Shown: in pieces, positions 17,959 to 27,010 of the stretch
How the letters are laid out: each line of letters begins with the position of its first letter
Position numbering within the stretch: the first letter of the stretch is position 1
DNA from: an uncultured Treponema sp.
Lineage (GTDB): Bacteria > Spirochaetota > Spirochaetia > Treponematales > Treponemataceae
Direction of reading: 5' to 3'
Assembly: GCA_937902445.1 (NCBI GenBank)
Contig: CALELJ010000039.1
Coordinates: 1 to 42,796, forward strand
DNA length: 42,796 nt
Notes under the pieces: model-generated
The model's database searches: none
Told to the model about the DNA's origin: nothing
The model's input: only the letters and a program-made list of their open reading frames with translations
Position numbers and translations under genes: made by a program

Positions 17959-19275
17959 CTATTTTTCGTCGGCGGCAAGTTCCTTGATGATGCGCTGTAG
18001 CCTTTCATTGACCTGAGAATAGACTTCTGCTCTGTCGATGAAGGCAAATTCACCATCGCGGTAAACAACACGGCCGTCAATCATGTTCATTACGATGTCG
18101 GAACTCTGTGCGCTGAAAACAACATTGGACAACGTATTGAAATCCGGCTGCATGTGCGGAGTCGAAAGGTCAAACACGATGATGTCGGCACGGTTTCCAA
18201 CTTTTATTGTTCCGCAGTCCTTCCTATCCTGGGCCATGGCTCCATTCACAGTTGCCATTTTAAGAATGTCTGATGCGGAAACTGCATTTGCATCCCTGGT
18301 GGCACCACGGCAAAGAAGAGCGGCAATATGGATTTCTTCCATCATATCGAGATTGTTGTTGCTTGAGGCACCGTCGGTTCCAATGCAGACATTGAGTCCT
18401 TTTTCTACCCATCGCTTTACAGGAGCAATGCCTGAACCAAGCTTAAGGTTGCTTGACGGATTGTGCACAAGGAAGGCTCCTGCTTTTTTCAGAAGTTCCT
18501 CGTCCTCTTCCGTTACATAAACACAATGGGCAAACTGGGAATGACAGTCCAGAACGCCGGCACTTTCCATGAATCTGGCCGGAGTCTGCCCATTATGTCT
18601 GCCCTCACATTCTTCCTGTTCCCTGGCAGTTTCCGAAAGATGGGCATGAATGTTGAGACCGGCTTTCTTTGCACCATCGGCAATAAGTTTCGCAACCCTT
18701 TCATTGTTTGTGTACTCGGCGTGGAGACCCATATCCACCTTGATGCGGTCACTGAATTTTCCATTTTTCACAGAATCAAGCAGGGCCCAGGTTTCATTCC
18801 ATCCGCGGTTGTTTGCAAGATCTTCATTCGGATCAAAGGAAGTCACACCGTTGCAGATATTTGCCTTGAGTCCGCATTCATCGAGAGCCTTTGCCTCCGA
18901 CTCGATATGGAAATACATGTCGCTGATGCTTGCACAGCCGGAAGCGATAAGTTCCATGGCACCAAGTTTTGTAGTCCAGTAGACATCTTCAGGCGTCAGT
19001 TTTGCCTCAAACGGAAATATTTTTGTAAAAAGCCAGTCCTGCAAGGAAAGACCTTCTCCATAACCGCGGAGAATTGTCATAGGCACGTGACAGTGGGTGT
19101 TGAAAAATCCGTTCATGAGGAATTTTCCTGTTCCGTCGTAAACCTCTTCATCCGCAGAATTTTTTTCCGGCATCTTTTCACCGATATACGAAATCTTTTC
19201 GTCCTTTGTCTGGACGAACATGTTCTGCCTTACCTGGAAATTCTCATCAAGCAATTTTACGTTTGAAAAAATCAT
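17959..19275 (-). CDS. mtaD: Amidohydrolase, MTA/SAH (5'-modified adenosine) deaminase family
   Basis: NTHCH (HxH), ISDMYF, HAHLSE (HxxE), HNPSSNLKLGSG, GTDGASSNNNLD. Confidence 0.8.
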   Translation of the reverse strand: MIFSNVKLLDENFQVRQNMFVQTKDEKISYIGEKMPEKNSADEEVYDGTGKFLMNGFFNTHCHVPMTILRGYGEGLSLQDWLFTKIFPFEAKLTPEDVYWTTKLGAMELIASGCASISDMYFHIESEAKALDECGLKANICNGVTSFDPNEDLANNRGWNETWALLDSVKNGKFSDRIKVDMGLHAEYTNNERVAKLIADGAKKAGLNIHAHLSETAREQEECEGRHNGQTPARFMESAGVLDCHSQFAHCVYVTEEDEELLKKAGAFLVHNPSSNLKLGSGIAPVKRWVEKGLNVCIGTDGASSNNNLDMMEEIHIAALLCRGATRDANAVSASDILKMATVNGAMAQDRKDCGTIKVGNRADIIVFDLSTPHMQPDFNTLSNVVFSAQSSDIVMNMIDGRVVYRDGEFAFIDRAEVYSQVNERLQRIIKELAADEK

Positions 19276-19315
19276 GTGTCATCTTCCTTGAATCTTCATC
19301 TTGAAAATCTTTTTC

Positions 19316-19344
19316 ATTATAATGACAAACCATGAGTAATTCAA
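19316..19344. promoter_or_regulatory. Bidirectional promoter with palindromic shared -10 (ATTATAAT)
   Basis: TATAAT on + (19318-19323, 8 nt before ATG 19332) and on - (19321-19316), the latter with TTGAAT (19344-19339) at 17-nt spacing. Confidence 0.65.
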
Positions 19345-20087
19345 ACTTGTCATCGGCAATCAGAACCATCATGATATTTGGCGCCATGAATGTGGAAACT
19401 GAATACATGGTTTCAAAACTTTCAGATGTAAAAAAAACTACAGTCGCAGGATATACTTTTTTCGACGGAACTTATAAAGGCAAAAAAGTCATCGTGTGCA
19501 GGACTTTCACCGGCATGGAAAATTCTGCGGCGGCAACCGCAATTGGAATCCTCAATTTCAAACCGGACTGCATCATAAGCCAGGGAACTGCCGGCGGACA
19601 CGATCCGAGGCTTCATAAAAACGACATTGTGATCGGAGAACGTCTCGTAAACATTTCTTCATTTCAGACATGCCGGCACAAAAAGGGAGAAGGCAGCCAT
19701 CCGACTGAATGGAAAATCAGGGAATGGGATCTCTTTGAAGGCGACGAGCAGGAAAAGGAATTTCCGGCACTTTACAGCAACTCAGTCCTTGTAGAAAAAG
19801 CAATGTCGGCGAAATATGAAAAAGGCCGGCTCTTTAAAGGCACGGTTTCATCAAGCAACAACTGGAACATGGAGATGGACCGCATCAACCACCTTGTTGA
19901 ATCCTACGGCTCAATGTGCGAGGAAATGGAAAGCTATGCGGCAACGCAGATTGCGGACAGATTTAAGGTTCCGGCTGTGACCATAAGGATAATCTCAAAT
20001 TCGGAACAGCACCCGGGAGAAGAATACGAGCGCACCACAGGAACAACCTGTCAGGAATTCGTTCTTGATGTGGTGGAAAAGCTCTAG
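19332..20087 (+). CDS. mtnN: MTA/SAH nucleosidase-family protein (PNP_UDP_1), Asn variant at the catalytic Asp position
   Basis: GAMNVE, GTAGG, DIVIG, EEMES, RIISN (canonical RxISD). Confidence 0.8.
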   Translation: MSNSNLSSAIRTIMIFGAMNVETEYMVSKLSDVKKTTVAGYTFFDGTYKGKKVIVCRTFTGMENSAAATAIGILNFKPDCIISQGTAGGHDPRLHKNDIVIGERLVNISSFQTCRHKKGEGSHPTEWKIREWDLFEGDEQEKEFPALYSNSVLVEKAMSAKYEKGRLFKGTVSSSNNWNMEMDRINHLVESYGSMCEEMESYAATQIADRFKVPAVTIRIISNSEQHPGEEYERTTGTTCQEFVLDVVEKL

Positions 20088-20102
20088 AACACTCCAAGGA
20101 TT

Positions 20103-20591
20103 TTACAGCCAGAAACGGATTCCGGCATTGACTGGAAAACATGCAGGCACAAAACGGAAACTGAATTTCTCAGAGCCGCTGTCGTAGTTCAGTCCAAAAG
20201 AAGGATTCCACGCGGCATGGGTGTAGAATTCAAGACTGCGGTTTTCAAGGCAGAATGCATTGAGTCCGATTCCAACCCTGGCACCTGTATCTCCAAAGAA
20301 TTCATTTTCAAATTTTCCACGGAAGGACATTCCCCAAAGGGCAAACCAGTTGACGCGGGAATTTATTTTCTTGTAGACCCACCAGTTGTCCAGAACTAAA
20401 GCGGCAGATTTTTCCCTGATATTCCATGAAGCAGAAATTCCCCATGGAGAAAATTCTGAACGCACGGAAATTCCAGCGCCGTAATCCAGATCAGGATTAA
20501 ATTCAACGCCGCCTTGCACACCGAATCCAACTCTGGCAAAAGCAAGGGAACCCATAAAAATACAGGCAAGGAAAACAAGAATCTTTTTCAT
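20103..20591 (-). CDS. Small outer-membrane beta-barrel protein (spirochaete DUF3996/BAPKO_0422-like)
   Basis: Signal peptide (MKKILVFLACIFMGSLAFA), alternating aromatic/Gly beta-strands, LDNWW, C-terminal NAGIRFWL. Confidence 0.65.
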   Translation of the reverse strand: MKKILVFLACIFMGSLAFARVGFGVQGGVEFNPDLDYGAGISVRSEFSPWGISASWNIREKSAALVLDNWWVYKKINSRVNWFALWGMSFRGKFENEFFGDTGARVGIGLNAFCLENRSLEFYTHAAWNPSFGLNYDSGSEKFSFRFVPACFPVNAGIRFWL

Positions 20592-20598
20592 GGCTTAC

Positions 20599-20627
20599 AT
20601 TGTAATTTTTATGCCGCGGAAAAGCAA
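20599..20627 (-). promoter_or_regulatory. Sigma70-type promoter, leaderless, for the beta-barrel gene
   Basis: Minus strand TTGCTT (20627-20622), 17 nt, TACAAT (20604-20599), 7 nt, ATG. Confidence 0.65.
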
Positions 20628-20635
20628 AGGGTTGT

Positions 20636-20664
20636 TTGTTTATTGCTGTCATTTACGTTAAAAT
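20636..20664 (+). promoter_or_regulatory. Sigma70-type promoter for the esterase-aminopeptidase gene run
   Basis: TTGTTT (20636-20641), 17 nt, TAAAAT (20659-20664), 9 nt before ATG 20674, no SD. Confidence 0.55.
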
Positions 20665-20673
20665 ATTCTATAG

Positions 20674-21564
20674 ATGAAAAAGGCAGTCATATTTTTTTCA
20701 ATATTATTCTCATTTGCTTCCTTCTGTTTTTGCGGTGAAAGATCACGGTACAGAAAAATCTATCTGTGGCAAAACGTCAAAGGCATGGAAGTAAATGTCC
20801 GCGACACCGTTTTGTTTGCCCCGAAAAATTTTTCTTCAGACGGAACAAAAAAAGCGGCCGTAGTAATCTGCCCCGGCGGAAGCTACCACCACCTTGGGAT
20901 GCCCCACGAAGGATTTGCCAGTGCCAGATGGTTTGAAAGCATCGGCGCCGTTCCCTTTGTACTCCAGTACCGGGTCGCCTACAACTGCCACCACCATCCC
21001 CAGATGCTTGAAGACATTGAGATGGCCATCAAGTACATCCGCGAGAATGCCGGCACCTACGGAATCGACGTTGAAAAAATCGGCGCCATAGGATATTCCG
21101 CCGGGGGTCATCTTGTAACGATGGCAGGAGTCTATGGAGGATGCCGCAACGAACTTGAAAAGCTTGGAATCCAGACAGAAGTATCACTCAGACCAAATTT
21201 CGTAATGCCCATCTATCCTGTTGTCACCATGCAGGACGACATCTGCCACAGATGGTCAAGAAGAAGCCTTCTTGGCCACCGGAAATACACCCAGGAACTT
21301 AAGGATGAATATTCAATGGAAATGAACATTCCATCGGACATGGTTCCATCATATGTGCTTGCATGCCGTGACGATCCCGTTGTCATCTTCGAGAATTCCG
21401 TACGCCTGGAAAAGGCACTTGCAGAAAAAAACATACCGCACCGGTTTGCAGTCTACGAAAAAGGCGGCCATGGATTCGGAATGAAAGACGGCTGGTTCAT
21501 GAAGGAAACCCACTGGAATGAGGACCTGAAAAACTGGCTTAAGGAAATCAACATGATCGATTGA
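20674..21564 (+). CDS. Secreted alpha/beta hydrolase (BD-FAE/acetyl-xylan-esterase-like)
   Basis: CPGGSY oxyanion loop, GYSAGGH nucleophile, DDPVV Asp, GGHGFG His; signal peptide. Confidence 0.88.
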   Translation: MKKAVIFFSILFSFASFCFCGERSRYRKIYLWQNVKGMEVNVRDTVLFAPKNFSSDGTKKAAVVICPGGSYHHLGMPHEGFASARWFESIGAVPFVLQYRVAYNCHHHPQMLEDIEMAIKYIRENAGTYGIDVEKIGAIGYSAGGHLVTMAGVYGGCRNELEKLGIQTEVSLRPNFVMPIYPVVTMQDDICHRWSRRSLLGHRKYTQELKDEYSMEMNIPSDMVPSYVLACRDDPVVIFENSVRLEKALAEKNIPHRFAVYEKGGHGFGMKDGWFMKETHWNEDLKNWLKEINMID

Positions 21565-21583
21565 TCCATAGGGAGGAACATAA

Positions 21584-22918
21584 ATGAACATCACTGAAAG
21601 CTACAAAAATTTCCTGAAAAACGGAAAGACAGAACGGGAATGCACTTGTGAAATAATCCGTCTTGCGGAAGAAAAAGGATACGTGGACATAAACAAGGTC
21701 AGCAGCCTGAAGGCCGGAGACAAAGTCTATGTCTCAAAGTGGAACAAGTCCATCGCTCTTTTTCATGTGGGATCACTGCCCATGGAAAACGGAATGAACA
21801 TTCTCGGCGCACACATCGATTCACCAAGACTGGACATCAAGCAGAATCCTCTTTACGAAAGTGACTTCATAGTTTACCTCAACACCCATTACTACGGCGG
21901 AATCAAAAAATACCAGTGGGTTACAATTCCCCTGGCCCTCCATGGAGTGGTCTGCCTAAAGGACGGAACGACGGTGAACATCAGCATCGGAGAAGATCCT
22001 GATGATCCTGTGTTCTGCATAAGCGACATACTGCCCCACCTTGCACAGAAACAGATGGAAGGAAACGCAAAGGAATTCATTCCGGGAGAAGACCTGGACA
22101 TAATCTGCGGCAGCGGAACCGTTGACAGCGGCGATGATAAAGATAAGGACAAGGAAAAAGAAAGCGCAAAGAAAAACATCCTTGGCCTTCTGAAAGACAA
22201 GTACGGAATGGAAGAAAAGGATTTCAATTCCGCAGAACTTGAGGTTGTACCTGCAGGTGCACCACGGGATCTTGGTTTTGACAGAAGCCTGATTCTTGCC
22301 TACGGACAGGACGACCGCTCATGCGCATACACTTCAGTCCAGGCGATTCTGGACACGGAAAAAACCGAAAAGACACTTTGCTGTCTCTGCGTCGACAAGG
22401 AAGAAATCGGCAGCGTAGGAGCAACGGGAATGGCAAGCCACTTCATGGAGAATGCCGTGGCAGAAGTCATCGCACGAGTTGGCGACTACAGCGACCTTAC
22501 ATTGAGGAGATGCCTCAACAACAGCCTCATGCTTTCAAGCGACGTCAATTCCGCCTATGATCCTTTGAACCCTGGACTTTACGACAAGAAGAATTCATCT
22601 TTCCTTGGCGGAGGAATCGTGTTCAACAAGTATACGGGCAGCCGCGGAAAATCTGGTGCAAGCGATGCAAATCCGGAATTCATAGCAAGACTCAGAAATG
22701 CCCTGGACAATGCAGACATCAAATACCAGCTGGCAGAACTTGGAAAAGTCGACCAGGGTGGTGGCGGAACCATAGCATACCTTGCGGCAAAATACGGAAT
22801 GTATGTTCTTGATGCCGGAGTTTCAGTTCTTTCCATGCACGCGCCGTGGGAAACCACATCGAAATTCGACATTGAGGAAGCCTACAGAGCCTACAGGGAA
22901 TTCCTCAAGCTCGCATAA
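21584..22918 (+). CDS. M18-family aminopeptidase
   Basis: GAHIDSPRLD, HYYGGIKKYQW, GQDDR, DKEEIGS, SSDV, SMHAPWE. Confidence 0.93.
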   Translation: MNITESYKNFLKNGKTERECTCEIIRLAEEKGYVDINKVSSLKAGDKVYVSKWNKSIALFHVGSLPMENGMNILGAHIDSPRLDIKQNPLYESDFIVYLNTHYYGGIKKYQWVTIPLALHGVVCLKDGTTVNISIGEDPDDPVFCISDILPHLAQKQMEGNAKEFIPGEDLDIICGSGTVDSGDDKDKDKEKESAKKNILGLLKDKYGMEEKDFNSAELEVVPAGAPRDLGFDRSLILAYGQDDRSCAYTSVQAILDTEKTEKTLCCLCVDKEEIGSVGATGMASHFMENAVAEVIARVGDYSDLTLRRCLNNSLMLSSDVNSAYDPLNPGLYDKKNSSFLGGGIVFNKYTGSRGKSGASDANPEFIARLRNALDNADIKYQLAELGKVDQGGGGTIAYLAAKYGMYVLDAGVSVLSMHAPWETTSKFDIEEAYRAYREFLKLA

Positions 22919-22951
22919 CGGGACTGTGATTTTTTTACTGCGGAGACTTTC

Positions 22952-23602
22952 ATGTTTGACAATATTCTATTTGATTTCGACGGAACAATAATGGACACCT
23001 CGCCAGGAATTTACGATTCTTTTGACAAGGTTATAGCACACTACAAGCTTGATTTTCCCCGCTCCCAGTACAGCCGCATGATCGGGCCTCCTCTCAACGA
23101 AAGCTTTTCAAAAATTCTTGGACTTCCGGAGGAGGAGATCCGCAATGCGATAAAGATCTACAGGGACTATTATTCCGTAGAGGGAATGTATAATGGCCAG
23201 ATATACCCGGGTGTGGTTCCGCTGATAGAAAACCTGAGGAAGGCAGGCAAAAAAATCTTTACGGCAACAAGCAAGCCGGAAGTTTTCACGCGCAGAATAA
23301 TAGAACAGAAAAACATGACACATCTCTTCGATTTCATTGGCGGCAGCGATGCGGAAGAAAAAGGTCGCACAGATAAGAAAGATGTTGTAAAATATGTACT
23401 AGAGACACAAAATATAGCCGAAAATAAGGAGAGGAGCATTTTAATCGGTGACAGAAACTATGATGTCTTTGGAGCCCACCACTGCGGAATAAAATGTGCA
23501 GGAATTCTGTGGGGATTTGGAGACAGAGATGAATTTGAAAAAGCCGGTGCAGACTGGATTTTTGAAACTCCGGAAGAAGTGGAAACCTTCCTTGTTAGTT
23601 GA
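22952..23602 (+). CDS. HAD-superfamily hydrolase (phosphoglycolate phosphatase / 5'-nucleotidase-like)
   Basis: FDFDGT motif I, ATSKP motif II, IGDRNYD motif IV. Confidence 0.9.
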   Translation: MFDNILFDFDGTIMDTSPGIYDSFDKVIAHYKLDFPRSQYSRMIGPPLNESFSKILGLPEEEIRNAIKIYRDYYSVEGMYNGQIYPGVVPLIENLRKAGKKIFTATSKPEVFTRRIIEQKNMTHLFDFIGGSDAEEKGRTDKKDVVKYVLETQNIAENKERSILIGDRNYDVFGAHHCGIKCAGILWGFGDRDEFEKAGADWIFETPEEVETFLVS

Positions 23603-23631
23603 AGTTTGATCCATCTAAAAAATAAGCATAG

Positions 23632-24720
23632 ATGATTTTTAATATTATTGCAGTTTTACTTATCATAAACATTCTCATTTTTTTGACCGCAACCATCGTA
23701 CAGCTGCGAACATTCAGAAAGAACCGTGGAAAGGGTTCCGGAAACCTAAGCAGAAACGAACGGATGATGGAAAGGGCCATCATGGCTTTAAGCAACGCCA
23801 TCGAAGCAAAGGACAGCTATACCAGCGGCCATTCAAAAAGAGTTGCTACATACGCAAAAGAAATCGCACGCAGAATGGGCAAATCTGAAGAAGACCAGAT
23901 GGAAATCTATCACGCCGGACTTCTTCATGACATCGGAAAAATCAGGATTCCTGACAAGATCATCAAGAAAAAAGGCAAGCTTTCAGACATGGAATACGAA
24001 TGCCTCAAGCTTCATCCAATCATTTCATACACAATGCTAAAGGGCATTTCAGAAGACGGAAACATCGAGGATGCGGCAAAATACCATCATGAGCATTACG
24101 ACGGAACAGGATATCCGGAAGGACTTGCCGGCAAAAGCATTCCTGAATATGCAAGGATCCTTGCGGTGGCCGACACCTACGATGCGATGACATCAAGCCG
24201 CAGTTTCAGAAACCTTTTTCCACAGAAATTCGTACGTTCTGAAATGGAATATCAGAGCGGAAAACAGTTTGATCCTGAGATCACAAAGCTGATGCTGGAG
24301 ATCATCGATGAGGACAAGGATTTCGTCCTGAAGCAGGATGAGAACATACACAAAAATGTTCTTGTGGTTGACGACGACATCATCAGCAGCAAGCTCGTGG
24401 AATTCATGCTGACAGAAGATGAGACTTTCAACATCACTTCAGTAAAGGACGGTGCCCAATGCAAAAAGGAACTTGCCCAGACCCACTTTGACCTTATCAT
24501 CCTTGACATATACCTGCCGGATACCGACGGTTTTGAACTTCATGATTTCATTCAGGAAAAATACCATACGCCTACAATTTTCATGTCGTCAGACAAGAAC
24601 ACGGAAACTATTGTCCGCGCAAAGGAATCCGGTATAAAATATTACCTTGTGAAACCTTTCCTCAAGCAGGAACTGAATGTTGCACTGAGAGATGTTTTCA
24701 GACACAATCTGGAGCCGTAA
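23632..24720 (+). CDS. Membrane-anchored HD-GYP phosphodiesterase with C-terminal receiver domain
   Basis: N-terminal TM; AKDSYTSGHS, LLHDIGK, HHEHYDGTGYP, VADTYDAMTS; REC motifs VLVVDDD, ILDIYLP, KP. Confidence 0.92.
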   Translation: MIFNIIAVLLIINILIFLTATIVQLRTFRKNRGKGSGNLSRNERMMERAIMALSNAIEAKDSYTSGHSKRVATYAKEIARRMGKSEEDQMEIYHAGLLHDIGKIRIPDKIIKKKGKLSDMEYECLKLHPIISYTMLKGISEDGNIEDAAKYHHEHYDGTGYPEGLAGKSIPEYARILAVADTYDAMTSSRSFRNLFPQKFVRSEMEYQSGKQFDPEITKLMLEIIDEDKDFVLKQDENIHKNVLVVDDDIISSKLVEFMLTEDETFNITSVKDGAQCKKELAQTHFDLIILDIYLPDTDGFELHDFIQEKYHTPTIFMSSDKNTETIVRAKESGIKYYLVKPFLKQELNVALRDVFRHNLEP

Positions 24721-26952
24721 ATGAAATTTACACTTGAAGACATAAAGAACAAATTCATATCTTCCGAAAACCCGACGCAGCTTACGCTGTTCAACATAAT
24801 CATCCCTGCAGGCATGGTGGGCGGATTCGTATCAATCGGACTTTCCCTTACTGATGTTACATTCGCATTTCAGGTTACATGTGGCTTTCTGGGAATGCTT
24901 TTCCTTCTTTTTCTTTTCTATCTTGCAAACTGGAAACGTAAAATTCTGCTGGCTTCAATCCTCAGCATCACATTGATGGGAGACATCGTTTTCCCGATCA
25001 TGTTTTTTTCAGGCGGCGGCATATACAGCGGAATGACTTCATGGTTCTTTCTTGTCATAATATTCACTTTTCTTGTTCTTGAAGGCATTTCATTTTTCGT
25101 CGTCCTTTTGACCCAGATCGTCGTCATAATCGCATGCTATACGGTTGCCTACAAATATCCGGAGCTGGTGAAACCAATTACCTCCGAATCAAGCCGCATA
25201 CTTGACATCGTACAGGCCCTTATTCTTTCATCTGTTGTGATCGGATGCATCATCAAATTCCAGAACTCCATCAACAAGCGCGCTCTCGAAAGCGTAAAGA
25301 AGGCAAACGAAGACCTTAAGGATTCTGAAATCAAGGCGGAAAATGCAAACCACGCAAAATCGGACTTTCTTTCAAACATGTCACATGAAATCCGTACGCC
25401 TATCAATGCCATCCTCGGCATGAACGAAATGATACTCCGTGAATGCAAGGACAAGAAAATCATCGAATATGCTTCTGCAGTACAGACATCAAGCAATGCC
25501 CTTCTTTCCCTCGTAAACGACGTCCTTGACCTTTCAAAAATCGAGTCAGGTAAAATTGAAATAAAGAATGAGGAATACAAGCTTCAGGACCTGATCCTCA
25601 ACAGCTACGGAATGATTTCTGAGCGTCTTGAGAAAAAGGGTCTTCGCGGTGCGATTTTCTGCAACGAAAACCTTCCGTCGGGACTCATAGGTGACTTCTC
25701 GCACCTGCGCCAGATCCTCATCAACTTCCTTACAAACGCCTGCAAATACACGGAAAAAGGAAACGTGGATTTCTTCATTCTCGGTTCCGTTACCGGTGAC
25801 AACGCAAAGATAATATTCTCCGTAAAGGATACCGGCATTGGAATCAAGGAAGAAAACCGCGCCAAGATGTTCAAGAAATTCGAACGCTTCGACCTGCAGA
25901 GAAACCGCAACATCGAAGGTACCGGTCTTGGACTCAGCATCTCAAAACAGCTTTGCGACCTTATGGGTGCAAAGATCGAAGTCAAAAGCGAATACGGCAA
26001 GGGATCTGAATTCATCATTACCGTAGACCAGAAAATATTTGATCCGACTCCGATTGGAGAAGTATCACCTAAGGGCAAGCAGAAAGAAAAGGAAATCCAG
26101 GTATACCACCAGAGTTTCGAAGCTCCAGATGTTGATGTACTTGCAGTCGATGACGTGGAACTCAATCTCATCGTCTTTGAAAACCTGCTCAAGGAAACAA
26201 AGATGAAAATCGATCTGGTTGAAAGCGGTGCTGCAGCAATCGAACGCGCATCTGAGAAACATTATGACATCATTTTCATGGACTACATGATGCCTGAGAT
26301 GGACGGTATCCAGACCCTCGAAAAACTCAGAAGCATGGATACTCCAAACAACAAGACACCTGTTATCGTCCTTACAGCAGATGCCCTTGCAGGTGTCCGC
26401 GAAAAATACATCCGTGCAGGATTCAAGGACTACATTTCAAAGCCTATTGATGGCAGCAACCTTGAAAAAATGCTCATCCGTTATCTTCCACAACAGAAGG
26501 TTTTCCTCAAGACAGGAAAAGAAGACATTCCGTGCGGAGAAAAAATTTCCCGCCTCAAGAACATGCTTCCTGAGTTTGACTATGAGACTGCCCTCAGCTA
26601 CTGCGATGAAAGTGAAAACTTCTGCATAGAGATCATCAGCGAATACAGCACAAACAACCACAAGGAAGACTTGAAGAAATATTACGATGAATGCGAATGG
26701 GAGAATTACAGGCAGAGGCTGCACTCATTGAAGAGCACGTCACGCACTGTCGGACTCCAGTCACTTGCGGAAGAATTCAAGATTCAGGAAGCGGCTGTCA
26801 GAAAATGCGAGCTGGACTTTGCAAGGAAAAACCACAAGCATCTCATGGATCACTATTCCCACTGCATAGTCAAAATGCAGGAAGCAGGTTTCATCATGGA
26901 AGATGATGATGAAGAAATCGAGGATATCGTTGATTCTGAACTTGTAATTTAA
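24721..26952 (+). CDS. Hybrid sensor histidine kinase (TM bundle-HisKA-HATPase-REC-Hpt)
   Basis: H-box FLSNMSHEIRTPINAI, N-box NFLTNACKYT, DTGIGI, GTGLGL; REC FMDYMMP; Hpt LHSLKSTSRTVG. Confidence 0.95.
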   Translation: MKFTLEDIKNKFISSENPTQLTLFNIIIPAGMVGGFVSIGLSLTDVTFAFQVTCGFLGMLFLLFLFYLANWKRKILLASILSITLMGDIVFPIMFFSGGGIYSGMTSWFFLVIIFTFLVLEGISFFVVLLTQIVVIIACYTVAYKYPELVKPITSESSRILDIVQALILSSVVIGCIIKFQNSINKRALESVKKANEDLKDSEIKAENANHAKSDFLSNMSHEIRTPINAILGMNEMILRECKDKKIIEYASAVQTSSNALLSLVNDVLDLSKIESGKIEIKNEEYKLQDLILNSYGMISERLEKKGLRGAIFCNENLPSGLIGDFSHLRQILINFLTNACKYTEKGNVDFFILGSVTGDNAKIIFSVKDTGIGIKEENRAKMFKKFERFDLQRNRNIEGTGLGLSISKQLCDLMGAKIEVKSEYGKGSEFIITVDQKIFDPTPIGEVSPKGKQKEKEIQVYHQSFEAPDVDVLAVDDVELNLIVFENLLKETKMKIDLVESGAAAIERASEKHYDIIFMDYMMPEMDGIQTLEKLRSMDTPNNKTPVIVLTADALAGVREKYIRAGFKDYISKPIDGSNLEKMLIRYLPQQKVFLKTGKEDIPCGEKISRLKNMLPEFDYETALSYCDESENFCIEIISEYSTNNHKEDLKKYYDECEWENYRQRLHSLKSTSRTVGLQSLAEEFKIQEAAVRKCELDFARKNHKHLMDHYSHCIVKMQEAGFIMEDDDEEIEDIVDSELVI

Positions 26953-27010
26953 TCCTGATTTGATTAAGTTTACTTAAAAGCATTACTGCACCGGCATTGG
27001 GTATTTCAGT

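Noticed and set aside
18463..19266. Long antisense ORFs (e.g. 18463-19266, 4718-5368, 5353-5994, 32203-32790, 33900-34484)
   Set aside because: They are shadows of well-supported genes on the opposite strand, with no motifs or RBS.
22130..22165. GATAAA/GACAAG-like repeats in the aminopeptidase
   Set aside because: They only encode a low-complexity DDKDKDKEKE loop in frame.
21584..22918. M18 aminopeptidase is often named apeA, suggesting membership of the ape cluster
   Set aside because: Name coincidence only; the peptidase is unrelated to aryl polyene genes and lies 3.6 kb outside the cluster.
26964..26977. TTAAGT-TT-ACTTAA palindrome upstream of the DUF1538 gene as an operator
   Set aside because: Short and AT-rich, single copy, no regulator nearby; this BirA lacks an HTH so it is not a bio operator.
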